A program made the translations under genes and the position numbers. From Candidatus Poribacteria bacterium (GTDB taxonomy: Bacteria; Poribacteria; WGA-4E; PCPOR2b): DNA of 64,000 bases. Of this stretch, positions 21,878-31,223 are shown piece by piece. A model generated the notes under the pieces. That model saw only the letters and a program-made list of their open reading frames with translations, did no database searches and was not told where the DNA came from. The stretch is from positions 2,336,001 to 2,400,000 of the forward strand of contig OZ240245.1 of assembly GCA_965198175.1 (NCBI GenBank), written 5' to 3'. Positions within the stretch are counted from its first letter, which is position 1. Every line of letters begins with the position of its first letter.

Positions 21878-22777
21878 ATGCGAGTTTTTGTTACAGGCGG
21901 AACAGGATATATTGGCAGCGCCGTGGTGTCCGAACTCGTAAAAGCAACGCACCAGGTAACTGGACTAGCCAGATCCGCCGAAAAGGAGACCGAACTGGAG
22001 AATCTTGGAGCGACACCAGTGCTGGGCGATCTTAGAGATGTCGCCAGCTTCAAGGACCTCGCGGCGGAACACGACACCATCATCCATATCGGTTTTGAAC
22101 GCAGCCCGGCAGGTTACGCCGCTGACCGAGCGGTCATGGAAAGGCTGCTCTCCGTCGCAAGCGCTGCCTCCGGCACCCGCCATGTAATCTATACGTCGGG
22201 ATTGTGGGTACTTGGGCCCAGCAGCCAAGTCTCCGTGGACGAAGATGCTTTGACCGATCAGCCAGTTCAACTCGTTGCATGGCGACCGCCGCACGAAAGA
22301 CTCGTGTTGGACGCCGCCACAGATTCGATGACGACATCAGTCATCCGCCCAGGAATGGTCTACGGCGGTAGCGGTGGTATCTTGGAATCGTTCTTCACAT
22401 CGGCGGACAAGGGAGAACCCGTTGTCCATGTGGGCGATGGAAACAACCGCTTCTGCTTTGTGCACCGTGAAGACCTGGCTGAACTCTACCGGCTTGTCGT
22501 AGAGAAACGAGCGTCTGGAATCTTCCACGGTATTGATAATGCGTTCATCAAGATTTCCGATGCGGCGCGCGCCGTCAGCCAAGCGGCAGGTAAGGGTAGC
22601 CCCGTCCAAAGCCAGCCGCTCGAAGACGCTCGGGGCGAGATGGGTCTGTTCGCAGATGCGCTCTGCACCGATCAGGCGGTAGTTGCGCGCCGTTCCCGTG
22701 AACTCGGCTGGCTACCGGTACATCCGCCATTTCCCGAAAGCGCTCGCGCAGCCTATCAGGAGTGGAAAGACAGTTAA
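21878..22777 (+). CDS. NAD-dependent epimerase/dehydratase (atypical SDR)
   Basis: MRVFVTGGTGYIG, YTSG, IRPGMVYG and VHREDLA; ATG 21878 has an SD. Confidence 0.85.
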   Translation: MRVFVTGGTGYIGSAVVSELVKATHQVTGLARSAEKETELENLGATPVLGDLRDVASFKDLAAEHDTIIHIGFERSPAGYAADRAVMERLLSVASAASGTRHVIYTSGLWVLGPSSQVSVDEDALTDQPVQLVAWRPPHERLVLDAATDSMTTSVIRPGMVYGGSGGILESFFTSADKGEPVVHVGDGNNRFCFVHREDLAELYRLVVEKRASGIFHGIDNAFIKISDAARAVSQAAGKGSPVQSQPLEDARGEMGLFADALCTDQAVVARRSRELGWLPVHPPFPESARAAYQEWKDS

Positions 22778-22848
22778 CCGCTAGTGAATTTTTTTCGCGT
22801 TAAAACCGTGGGCTAGTACAGCCTGAGATGAAACAAAAGGAGTGATTT

Positions 22849-23742
22849 ATGAAATTCGTATCTTTCGCAGCCGATGACGGCTCACATTATGGTATCTACA
22901 AAGATGACCGCGTCCTCGACCTAACCGTAGCGGGCAGCGCAGACTTTCCCAATGACCTGCTCGGCTTAATCGATCTCGGTCAATCGGGCGTTGAACGCGC
23001 AGAACAGTTGGCGAACCAATCGCCGGACTCCGGTTGGCAGCCGCTCGATCCTGCCAAGTTGCTTGCGCCAATCCCAGTGCCGCGCCGCAACGTTTTCTGC
23101 TTGGGCATGAACTATGCCGCCCATGTACGAGAGGGCGATTTGGCGAGGGGGCTAGAGCCATCCCTTCCCACAGTACCGGTTATCTTCACTAAAACCACCA
23201 CCGCGGTAACCGGACCTTATGCCGATGTCCCATTCGATGCAGCAGTATCCGAGCAGATTGATTGGGAAGTGGAAATGGCGGTCATCATCGGAGGGCGTGG
23301 TAAAAATATCTCGCCTGAATCGGCGATGGAGTACGTCTTCGGTTATACCGTCGTCAACGACCTCTCGGCTCGAGATCTGCAATTCAGTCATAATCAGTTC
23401 TTTAAGGGTAAGAGTCTGGACGGCGCATGTCCGATGGGACCGTGCATCGTCACCGCCGATGAAATCTCAGACCCGCACGCACTGAATGTGCGCTGCACCG
23501 TCAACGGCGTCGTCAAGCAGGACTCCAACACATCCGATCTAATTTTTGACATTCCCGCTACCATCGACTGGCTCTCGCGTGGGTTAACGATTCAGCCGGG
23601 CGATGTCATCTCCACCGGCACACCGAGCGGCGTCGGCTTCGCGCGCACCCCGCCAGAATTCCTCTTCCCCGGCGATGTCGTCGAATGCGAAGTCGAAGAA
23701 ATCGGAATCATCCGTAATCGGATGGTTGATGTTGGTGGTTAA
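22849..23742 (+). CDS. Fumarylacetoacetate hydrolase family protein
   Basis: CLGMNYAAH, DWEVE, VNDLSARDLQ, GKSLD and TGTPSGVG. Confidence 0.9.
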   Translation: MKFVSFAADDGSHYGIYKDDRVLDLTVAGSADFPNDLLGLIDLGQSGVERAEQLANQSPDSGWQPLDPAKLLAPIPVPRRNVFCLGMNYAAHVREGDLARGLEPSLPTVPVIFTKTTTAVTGPYADVPFDAAVSEQIDWEVEMAVIIGGRGKNISPESAMEYVFGYTVVNDLSARDLQFSHNQFFKGKSLDGACPMGPCIVTADEISDPHALNVRCTVNGVVKQDSNTSDLIFDIPATIDWLSRGLTIQPGDVISTGTPSGVGFARTPPEFLFPGDVVECEVEEIGIIRNRMVDVGG

Positions 23743-23864
23743 TATTGTAAATTACTAGAAAAATTAAGATCTCGTTACAGCGGCGCAGCTCTTAAGGAGT
23801 TGTGGACGGGGCGTTCTATTATCATTGTTGAGTTCCAAACATCAAACCAATACTACTAATTGTC

Positions 23865-26696
23865 ATGGAACATAAGATGAAACTGCTCGTAGTTATCATG
23901 CTTTTGATGTTATTCCTGTTCCGCAGTGTTCCAATGGCGGATGTGTTAACACCCCAGGAGATTTACAAAAAGGCATTGAACGCTACGGTGTATGTAGCAA
24001 AGTTCGATGCCAACGGTGAGCTAGCTGGCACTGGGAGCGGATTCTTTGTGCGACCGAATCATATCGCGACTAATTTCCACGTAATTGAAGGTGCCACAGC
24101 CGCCAAATTAAGGGCTAAACTTGCTAATCAGAAAAAGGTGTACACGATAAAACGCATACGTGCAGTCGACAAAAAACACGATTTGGCAATTTTGCAGGTG
24201 TCGGCTCCAGGGGTCAAGCCGCTTCCTCTCGGCGACAGCAATTCTGTTGAGGTAGGGGATGAGGTGTACATCGTGAGTAATCCGTTAGGATTAGAAGGAT
24301 CCTTCGCAGATGGTAGAATTAGTGCAATCCGTGAACAAGTTTCGTGGGGTACAGGTAAACGTATCCAGTACACCGCTCCGACCTCTAAGGGCAGCAGTGG
24401 TGGTGCTGCACTCAATAACAAGGGTGAAGTGATAGGCGTTCACGTAGAGGGGTTGAAATATTTTCTCGGAGAGAATCTCAACTTTGCGATCCCTTCAAAT
24501 TACCTCACGACTCTTTTAAATCGTCATTTGGGTCCAGTAAAAGCGCGCACGCCAAGAGTCATTCGTAGAAAAACTAAACCGCCAAAATCTGCTCAACCAA
24601 AGCCGTCTACATCTAAAACACTTACACCACATGACCCTGAACGCGTAGCAGATCCCGTTCAACCAAATCCGGTCAATCCAAAAGCCACGCCGAAAAAACC
24701 TAAACCGCCAAATCCGGTCACACCTAAAACTACGCCAAAAAAACCCAAGTCTCCAACACCCGGTCAACCGAAACCGGTCGCACCGACAATTACTCCGAAA
24801 ACGCCGCCTCCTAAGCCTAAACCTGCTCGCTCGCTTTCGCCAATAGAACTCCTTCAAAAAGGCATAAAACATTATGAAGAGACAAAATTTACCGATGCGA
24901 TAAAATCCTTACAGTTGGCCTTAAGTGGGCTTGGCAATCCAGAACAGAGAGCCAAAGCGCATCTTTACTTAGGGTGTTCGATTTGGGGTTTAGGAGAAGA
25001 TGTCGATCATGTGCACCGAGAATTTCAAGAGGCGTTTCGCCACAATCCAAATCAATCCTTGCCTCCAAGGATTGGGGATGACCATCCCGTCTTTAAGCCG
25101 CTACTAAAAAAAGTACGTTCGAAATCAGTTGGCGAATTGACGATAGTCTGTTCACTACCCCAAACAGAAATCTGGATACATGGAAACTTATTCGAAAGGA
25201 AAATGATAGGTACTGGAACCACCAATATTCGACTATTCATGGGTGACTACACCGTAGAAGGCATTTATGAAGGAGAAATCCAAAAGCGAACCGTTATCAT
25301 CGAACCTAATGAGCATGAGAAGATTTTTCTCGAACTGCCGGTTATTATCAAGCATGACACTCCCGCAAAGGTATCCATTGGTGAAACAATTGCACTGACA
25401 TTGGATTTAATCTCTGCGGCGAGACCCACTCGGGTTGAAGTGCGCTACACATCCTACAGCAGAAAAGGGGACGAATTAGAACAGGGCAACAAAGAAATGC
25501 GTTTGTTGAAGGAGCACTCTGCCTCGTCAACACGGACTTATCGGGTGGAATTGTCACTACAAAAGGACTTCGGTAAGGTTGACTATTTTATCGCGGCTGA
25601 TGAAGCAAGGTCTCCAAAAACTGGTCATCATCGCGTCCTCATTGAGGAAGACGAGCAAGATCGGAAGGAATTCGCAGAAGAACTCAAGGAAGTTGAAGAC
25701 AGTCGGAAGCGGATTCATGACACCAATTCAGCGGCGCAGCTTAAGATAAATGGCTTGTTGGATACAACGGACGCAGCAATTAAATCGGCCGAAAGTACCG
25801 CAAACATCCACAAATTTAACCGGCACCAGAATACGGCATCTGAGCAAATAAATAAAACGGGCGAATCGGTGGACGCATTAGTAACAAGTGCACCAAACGA
25901 TGAACAAGAACTCGACAACCTGCTAAATTCCTTATCCCATACGGAAGTTGATGCCAAGGCTAATAGACGGCTCTCGGATTCCTTTATTGAAACAACGACG
26001 ACTTCTTTGAGAGACAAAATAAAAAATACAAAAGACACACTGTATGTGTTTGGTGACATGCAAATACGCTTGGATAAACAGGAGAGTCAGTTGACAAAAG
26101 TGGTTAAAGAGTTTAAGCCGTTGCATCAGGGAATTTGGGCGAGTTTGTGGTCAAATGTTGTTTCGAAAGATGAAACTTCCACATCTAATCCGGGCGGCGG
26201 TGATATGTTCAGCCTCATCTACCTGAAAGAGGGCAAAACCCATCGCGCACGCGGTGTTCAACTGGACTTCTCCTACCAGAATCCAATTAACACAAGCGTG
26301 ACGGGTCTGTGGGAGCCCGATCTAGATTTAAAAAAATTAAGAGAAAACGCTATGGCGTTTACGCTCCTAGGCGGCATAGCAAGATACGGCATCAACTCCA
26401 AACGGTCTGACACGAGTCAAGTCGAATCTGAAGAGTCAACGCATACCACGCCCATAATCGGTGTGGGACTGCAACTCTATCCAGAGCATAGAGTTGCGGT
26501 GGATCTGAAGGGTACAATCAAACTTCAGTCAGCAAATGACGGCGATCGTTTTTTCAACAAACATCTATATCACTACGAGGTAGGCGTTCGTCTTTACATC
26601 GTGCCAGCACTGAATCTGAGAGTAGGATATGGTCAATGGTACTTAGGCAATCGGGACGTTGCCGGTCTACAGATTGGACTGGGTGCTCTTTTCTGA
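23865..26696 (+). CDS. Secreted trypsin-like serine protease + Pro/Lys linker + TPR + PEGA/Ig-like + coiled coil + C-terminal beta-barrel-like domain
   Basis: Signal peptide; triad motifs TNFHV, HDLAIL and GSSGG; PK/PT-rich linker; TPR-like AHLYLG; amphipathic strands ending GLQIGLGALF. Confidence 0.75.
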   Translation: MEHKMKLLVVIMLLMLFLFRSVPMADVLTPQEIYKKALNATVYVAKFDANGELAGTGSGFFVRPNHIATNFHVIEGATAAKLRAKLANQKKVYTIKRIRAVDKKHDLAILQVSAPGVKPLPLGDSNSVEVGDEVYIVSNPLGLEGSFADGRISAIREQVSWGTGKRIQYTAPTSKGSSGGAALNNKGEVIGVHVEGLKYFLGENLNFAIPSNYLTTLLNRHLGPVKARTPRVIRRKTKPPKSAQPKPSTSKTLTPHDPERVADPVQPNPVNPKATPKKPKPPNPVTPKTTPKKPKSPTPGQPKPVAPTITPKTPPPKPKPARSLSPIELLQKGIKHYEETKFTDAIKSLQLALSGLGNPEQRAKAHLYLGCSIWGLGEDVDHVHREFQEAFRHNPNQSLPPRIGDDHPVFKPLLKKVRSKSVGELTIVCSLPQTEIWIHGNLFERKMIGTGTTNIRLFMGDYTVEGIYEGEIQKRTVIIEPNEHEKIFLELPVIIKHDTPAKVSIGETIALTLDLISAARPTRVEVRYTSYSRKGDELEQGNKEMRLLKEHSASSTRTYRVELSLQKDFGKVDYFIAADEARSPKTGHHRVLIEEDEQDRKEFAEELKEVEDSRKRIHDTNSAAQLKINGLLDTTDAAIKSAESTANIHKFNRHQNTASEQINKTGESVDALVTSAPNDEQELDNLLNSLSHTEVDAKANRRLSDSFIETTTTSLRDKIKNTKDTLYVFGDMQIRLDKQESQLTKVVKEFKPLHQGIWASLWSNVVSKDETSTSNPGGGDMFSLIYLKEGKTHRARGVQLDFSYQNPINTSVTGLWEPDLDLKKLRENAMAFTLLGGIARYGINSKRSDTSQVESEESTHTTPIIGVGLQLYPEHRVAVDLKGTIKLQSANDGDRFFNKHLYHYEVGVRLYIVPALNLRVGYGQWYLGNRDVAGLQIGLGALF

Positions 26697-26752
26697 ATGA
26701 CGCTCATTGGAAACACTCGACTTTAACTTGATTAGGACAATCCAAGTCACCG

Positions 26753-26869
26753 CATGGGTTGGTTGAACGGTTACACCACATATCTATCAAGGCAAGCCAG
26801 AATGCTGTTCGTTACCGACATTGTTGCAGAGAAATGTTGCGGCTAGCCGAACGCCCAACCCAACCAATG
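26753..26869. repeat. Degenerate inverted repeat pair (REP-doublet-like)
   Basis: CATGGGTTGGTTGAACG ... CCCAACCCAACCAATG form an imperfect inverted repeat in an intergenic gap. Confidence 0.35.
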
Positions 26870-27148
26870 GCAATCAAACTCTGGGATTTAAGATATTGAC
26901 AATTTCAATCAGCATCGCACTCTGTAATCCCAGAAGAATGCTTGATATGTTTCACTTGCGCAGTTTAGCCAAACCTTCACATTTTTAAGAGCCGAATCAG
27001 TTAGGCTAATAATTCTCGTCCATAGTAGTCATCAACTGCTTCCGTCCAATAGTTTCCATTTATACGTATATTCCCTACGCAAGTCACTCTGTGAACACTA
27101 CTCGCATCAACATAAAGCCAACTCTAATTTAGCAAGGGAGATTATGAT

Positions 27149-27607
27149 ATGACTAAACGTGACTGGGCACTTCTTGCAGTTGGGATTATCGTTGTTGTCA
27201 TCATTATAATTGCTATAGTTGCTGTTCGATCCTGTAGACAAACCCCTCTCGAGACTCCGCCACCCAACGGCGATACCCCTTCGACCGCGCCTGTGAAACC
27301 AACTATTACACCAACTACCAAACCAACTGCCACTTCGCACGTGTCAGTTTCAATCAACGCTGTCCCGTGGGCAGAGGTTTTGATAAAGCCTCCTGGAACA
27401 AACGAATTCGTAAAACCGGTGACCAAATACTTCAAAATCGCGCCTGAACCCAATGGCACAGATTCCAACGTCACGCCAATACGGGGTGAATTAAGAGTAC
27501 CCGTCGACACCGAAATCAAGTTGATTTATGAAGGTATAGAGACAACCTTCCCTTACGAGTCTTGGAAGGCGTCTAAATCTATCTCGCATGATTTTCTGGA
27601 GCAATGA
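27149..27607 (+). CDS. Membrane-anchored protein: N-terminal TM helix, Pro/Thr linker, PEGA-like C-terminal domain
   Basis: Hydrophobic N-terminus, PTITPTTKPTAT linker and INAVPWAEV motif; stop overlaps the next ATG (ATGA). Confidence 0.6.
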   Translation: MTKRDWALLAVGIIVVVIIIIAIVAVRSCRQTPLETPPPNGDTPSTAPVKPTITPTTKPTATSHVSVSINAVPWAEVLIKPPGTNEFVKPVTKYFKIAPEPNGTDSNVTPIRGELRVPVDTEIKLIYEGIETTFPYESWKASKSISHDFLEQ

Positions 27608-30075
27608 CGTATTATTCAAAGGACACCGCTAGCAGATTTTCTGTTATTCCCAAGATGAGATTATCCAAAATCTTAACGATTATGATGCTTTGCGTGTTTT
27701 GGAAAATCCCGGGCGCTGGCGCACTAACACCCGAACAGATTGCTAACAATGCGTTAGACGCAACCGTGCTCATTACAATGATAGATGCCAGCGGCACGGT
27801 AGCGTCGCGAGGCAACGGATTCTTTGTGCAACGGAATCTCATTGTAACCAATTCCCATCTGATTCACGGGTTGACGAGAGGTGGAGCAAGAAATGTTGGT
27901 CAGGAAATAACTTACCCCATAAAGAAAATTAGCGTAGAGGATGAAAAACACCATTTGGCAATTTTACAGGTGTCGGCACCCGGAATTGAACCGCTTCCGA
28001 TTGGCGACAGTGAGTCAGTGGCGGTTGGAAATCGAATATATGTCGTAGGCAATCCATTAGGCATCCTTGAGGGCACTTTCTCTGAGGGGATTATCAGTGC
28101 GATTCAAGTAGTGGATGGAGTAAAGCTATTTCAGGTTACTGCCCCAATATCTGAGGGCAACAGCGGCGGCCCTGTGCTAAACGCCCAAGGCGAGGTTATT
28201 GCCGTTTCGCACGGAATCGTCCCGGCCGGTAAGAACCGCAATTTTGCAATTCCTTCAATCTATCTTAAATCGCTTGTCAATCAATTGGGGCAAATAATGC
28301 TTCAAAGCGGTATTGAACAATATGAAGCCACTCAATTTGAGGAAGCAATAAAATCCCTCGAGTCCGCACTACGCGTTCTTTCCGATCCGGAAGAGCGGGC
28401 TTTATCCCATCTGTACCTAGGATGTTCTAAACGAGGGTTCGGAGAACCAGATCTCAGCGTGGCTGCGGAGTTTAGAGAAGCGCTTCGCCACAATCCGAAT
28501 CAAGCGTTGCCTATTAGGATTGGAGAAGATCACCCGGTTTTTAAACTGCTGCTTGAAAAAGTTCGCTCTGAGTCAACGGGGGAATTGACAGTTACGTGCT
28601 CACTTCCCCAAACAGAAATCCGGATTGACGGGAACGATATTGACAGGAAAATTATAGGCACCGGAACCTCCACCGTCCGCCTATTTGTGGGCGACTACAC
28701 CGTGGAGGGGGTTTTTGAAGGGGTTTCCCGAAAGGAATCTTTCACTATAGTCCCTGGTGGGCATAGGATAATCTATTTGGAACTGCCGCCTATTTTAAGA
28801 CATGAACCCCCGGCTAGAGCGTCCGTCGGTGAGATTATCCCTCTTTCTTTGGATTTAATTAGTCGCGCAAAGCCACAGCAGGTTCAGATTCACTACATCA
28901 TCTACGACAGGAACGGGGACGAATTGGACCAGGGAAATCAGGAAATGCTTCTGTGGAAAGAGCAACCCACAGCCTCCACGTGGATTTACCGCTCGGATTT
29001 GCCATCGCAAACCACCGTAGGTAAAATTTCATATTTCATCATGGCTGATGAAGCTAGGTCTCCGAAGGAGCAATACCATGAAATTTATATTGTTGACGAA
29101 AATTTCCCAGAAATCGTTGTGCTAGAACCCCATGAATCCGCCGAATTCAAGGTCAACCAACCCATTTCGGTTCGAGCACGAGTAACTGATAACACCGCTG
29201 TTGATGAGGTTCGTATTCATTATGCTTTCTCGAGTTTAGGCAGTTCAAAACCTTCTGAGGCAATACCGTCTCAGCCCCTGGAGAAAGAAACTTCTGACGA
29301 CATATATGCCGGGCTAATCCCACCTCAACAGCGCGGCACTGGCTACATCCGGTATTATCTTACCGCTACTGATGAAGAAAAAAACGAGAGTAAGTCGGAT
29401 GAAAGAAGGATAGAAATTGTACATGCAGGCGGAAAACTCCTCTCTCCTAAGAAGAAAGATTCGAAAGATAACGATACCAAAAATCCATTTCACCAGGGGA
29501 TCTGGGTGAGTCATGGATGGTCAGAGAACATCCATGACAATGGCGGCCTCGTTTCACAATGGGATAGAGGTGATATACTCAGTTTCAGTTACCTGAGTGA
29601 AGGCAAAGGCTATCGGACGCTCGGCGTAAAGATAGATTTTTCATATCACATTCCCACCAATACAAGCGCGACAGTGCAGTGGTGGCCGGCAATGAGAGAA
29701 CGTACTGTTGGGTTTGCGCTATTGGGGGGAGTTGCGCGATACAGAGATGCCGACGCCGGTCGCCTTCAGTCAAGTTGGACAGGTGGAGAAACCTCAAATG
29801 AGTCCAGTCACATTACGCCGTTTCTCGGTGCTAGTTTGAAACTCTACCCGATGGATACTGTCACAGTTGACATCGCAATTTCGACTAAACTTAGGTCGGT
29901 CGACACATTCTCTAGCCGAGAATCAGATTCTATCGCGACACATCTACACCACTACGAAGTTGAAACTCGGGTTTACATTACCCCCGCGTTGAATCTGAGG
30001 CTCAGCTACGGAAAATGGTACCTAGGAGATCGTGGAAACACAACTGTACAGCTTGGGCTCGGGGTTACCTTCTGA
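27604..30075 (+). CDS. Paralogous trypsin-like protease + TPR + PEGA/Ig-like domains + C-terminal beta-barrel-like domain (catalytic Asp replaced by His)
   Basis: TNSHL, HHLAIL and GNSGGP; shared blocks with 23865-26696 (RHNPNQ.LP.RIG.DHPVFK.LL.KVRS); ends VQLGLGVTF. Confidence 0.75.
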   Translation: MTYYSKDTASRFSVIPKMRLSKILTIMMLCVFWKIPGAGALTPEQIANNALDATVLITMIDASGTVASRGNGFFVQRNLIVTNSHLIHGLTRGGARNVGQEITYPIKKISVEDEKHHLAILQVSAPGIEPLPIGDSESVAVGNRIYVVGNPLGILEGTFSEGIISAIQVVDGVKLFQVTAPISEGNSGGPVLNAQGEVIAVSHGIVPAGKNRNFAIPSIYLKSLVNQLGQIMLQSGIEQYEATQFEEAIKSLESALRVLSDPEERALSHLYLGCSKRGFGEPDLSVAAEFREALRHNPNQALPIRIGEDHPVFKLLLEKVRSESTGELTVTCSLPQTEIRIDGNDIDRKIIGTGTSTVRLFVGDYTVEGVFEGVSRKESFTIVPGGHRIIYLELPPILRHEPPARASVGEIIPLSLDLISRAKPQQVQIHYIIYDRNGDELDQGNQEMLLWKEQPTASTWIYRSDLPSQTTVGKISYFIMADEARSPKEQYHEIYIVDENFPEIVVLEPHESAEFKVNQPISVRARVTDNTAVDEVRIHYAFSSLGSSKPSEAIPSQPLEKETSDDIYAGLIPPQQRGTGYIRYYLTATDEEKNESKSDERRIEIVHAGGKLLSPKKKDSKDNDTKNPFHQGIWVSHGWSENIHDNGGLVSQWDRGDILSFSYLSEGKGYRTLGVKIDFSYHIPTNTSATVQWWPAMRERTVGFALLGGVARYRDADAGRLQSSWTGGETSNESSHITPFLGASLKLYPMDTVTVDIAISTKLRSVDTFSSRESDSIATHLHHYEVETRVYITPALNLRLSYGKWYLGDRGNTTVQLGLGVTF

Positions 30076-30186
30076 GCTTAAATAACTGGGAACCGTTAAC
30101 ACTGTTCTGACTGAGATGCTTTTTGAGAATGGGTATCGCCTTGGGAATCGCGCCTTTTTTCACGCACTCATAGGCTGCTTCTTGGT

Positions 30187-30933
30187 TTAGCGGAAGGTTA
30201 AGCCAACTCCAAAGGTAGTATCCGAGTGGTCGAATGAGAATGAAAAAGCCCCGTGGGCGATAACGGAGGGGGATAAGTGGAGTTCCATTCCAATTTGGGC
30301 GCCTGTGCTACCTTCATCTTCGCTTTCGTCAAAATCGCGTCGTTTGTCCGTAACCGTTGTCCAAATATGGGTGTACGATATTCCAAAGTACGGTGTCAGC
30401 TTCATACCGGATTCCGTTTCTATGCGCTTTAAGAGTCCCCCCATGCCGGCAAGCCCCAAAGCCCGTGCACTTTCACGAGTCTCCGCCCCAACAACTTCTT
30501 TGGCGAAACTAGCGCTACCCTCAATTGTGAGAAAGGTATCAAAACCCGTTTGTTGCAACGGGTTCATATACAGGATGCCTAGTCCAATCGAGGGTGATGG
30601 GGGTATTTCGACTCCAGGTCTATAATCCACAGAATCGTCGTCGACAAAACCGATACCGCCAGCGCCGTAGACCTTTGTCCCAGAATTAATTCCGAATTCG
30701 AGGACGCCGCTTATTCTCCGAGAATCTTCCATGAATTGGATGCCGAACCCGTAAGCGCTTTGATCTTTCCCCAACTTCAGAAAACTGAGTTGGCTGTGTG
30801 CAGTCGTGGGATACACCAAACCAATGAGGAATGTAGCGGCAAGCAATAGACAGAATACGGTAAACTCGTATCTTTTGACAGGAAATTGTTTTCGCACCGG
30901 ACATCGGTATTTCTTTCTAACCTTGTCTATCAT
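30187..30933 (-). CDS. Outer-membrane beta-barrel protein
   Basis: Signal peptide, alternating amphipathic strands, LTPYFGISYTH and C-terminal FGVGLTFR. Confidence 0.65.
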   Translation of the reverse strand: MIDKVRKKYRCPVRKQFPVKRYEFTVFCLLLAATFLIGLVYPTTAHSQLSFLKLGKDQSAYGFGIQFMEDSRRISGVLEFGINSGTKVYGAGGIGFVDDDSVDYRPGVEIPPSPSIGLGILYMNPLQQTGFDTFLTIEGSASFAKEVVGAETRESARALGLAGMGGLLKRIETESGMKLTPYFGISYTHIWTTVTDKRRDFDESEDEGSTGAQIGMELHLSPSVIAHGAFSFSFDHSDTTFGVGLTFR

Positions 30934-31010
30934 AGGTTCTCCTCAAAAAAGTGATGGTTTATGATACCACAAGAAGCCCTTCCGGGCAACACTAAAACTG
31001 TGGGCGCCAC

Positions 31011-31040
31011 TTGACGGTGGGTTTTGTCCTCGTGTATAAT
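31011..31040 (+). promoter_or_regulatory. Putative sigma70 promoter
   Basis: TTGACG-18 nt-TATAAT. Confidence 0.5.
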
Positions 31041-31223
31041 GGCAGCTGTACACGATCAGTCTTTTTCAAGATGGAAATCATTATAGTGGTAGAGGAAGGG
31101 CGGAAGAAATATTTCTTGTTCTTTCAATACCTACGTGTTGTTGAATATCTAAACGTCAAGGCGGGCTTGATGCCCCAAGTCATTTTCAGCTAAAAACCTT
31201 CAGGCTTTCATGAAGGGACGATT

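Noticed and set aside
24540..24830. Repeat-like stretch considered as a CRISPR or tandem array
   Set aside because: It encodes the Pro/Lys-rich linker of the protease. No constant repeat with unique spacers and no cas genes occur anywhere in the window.
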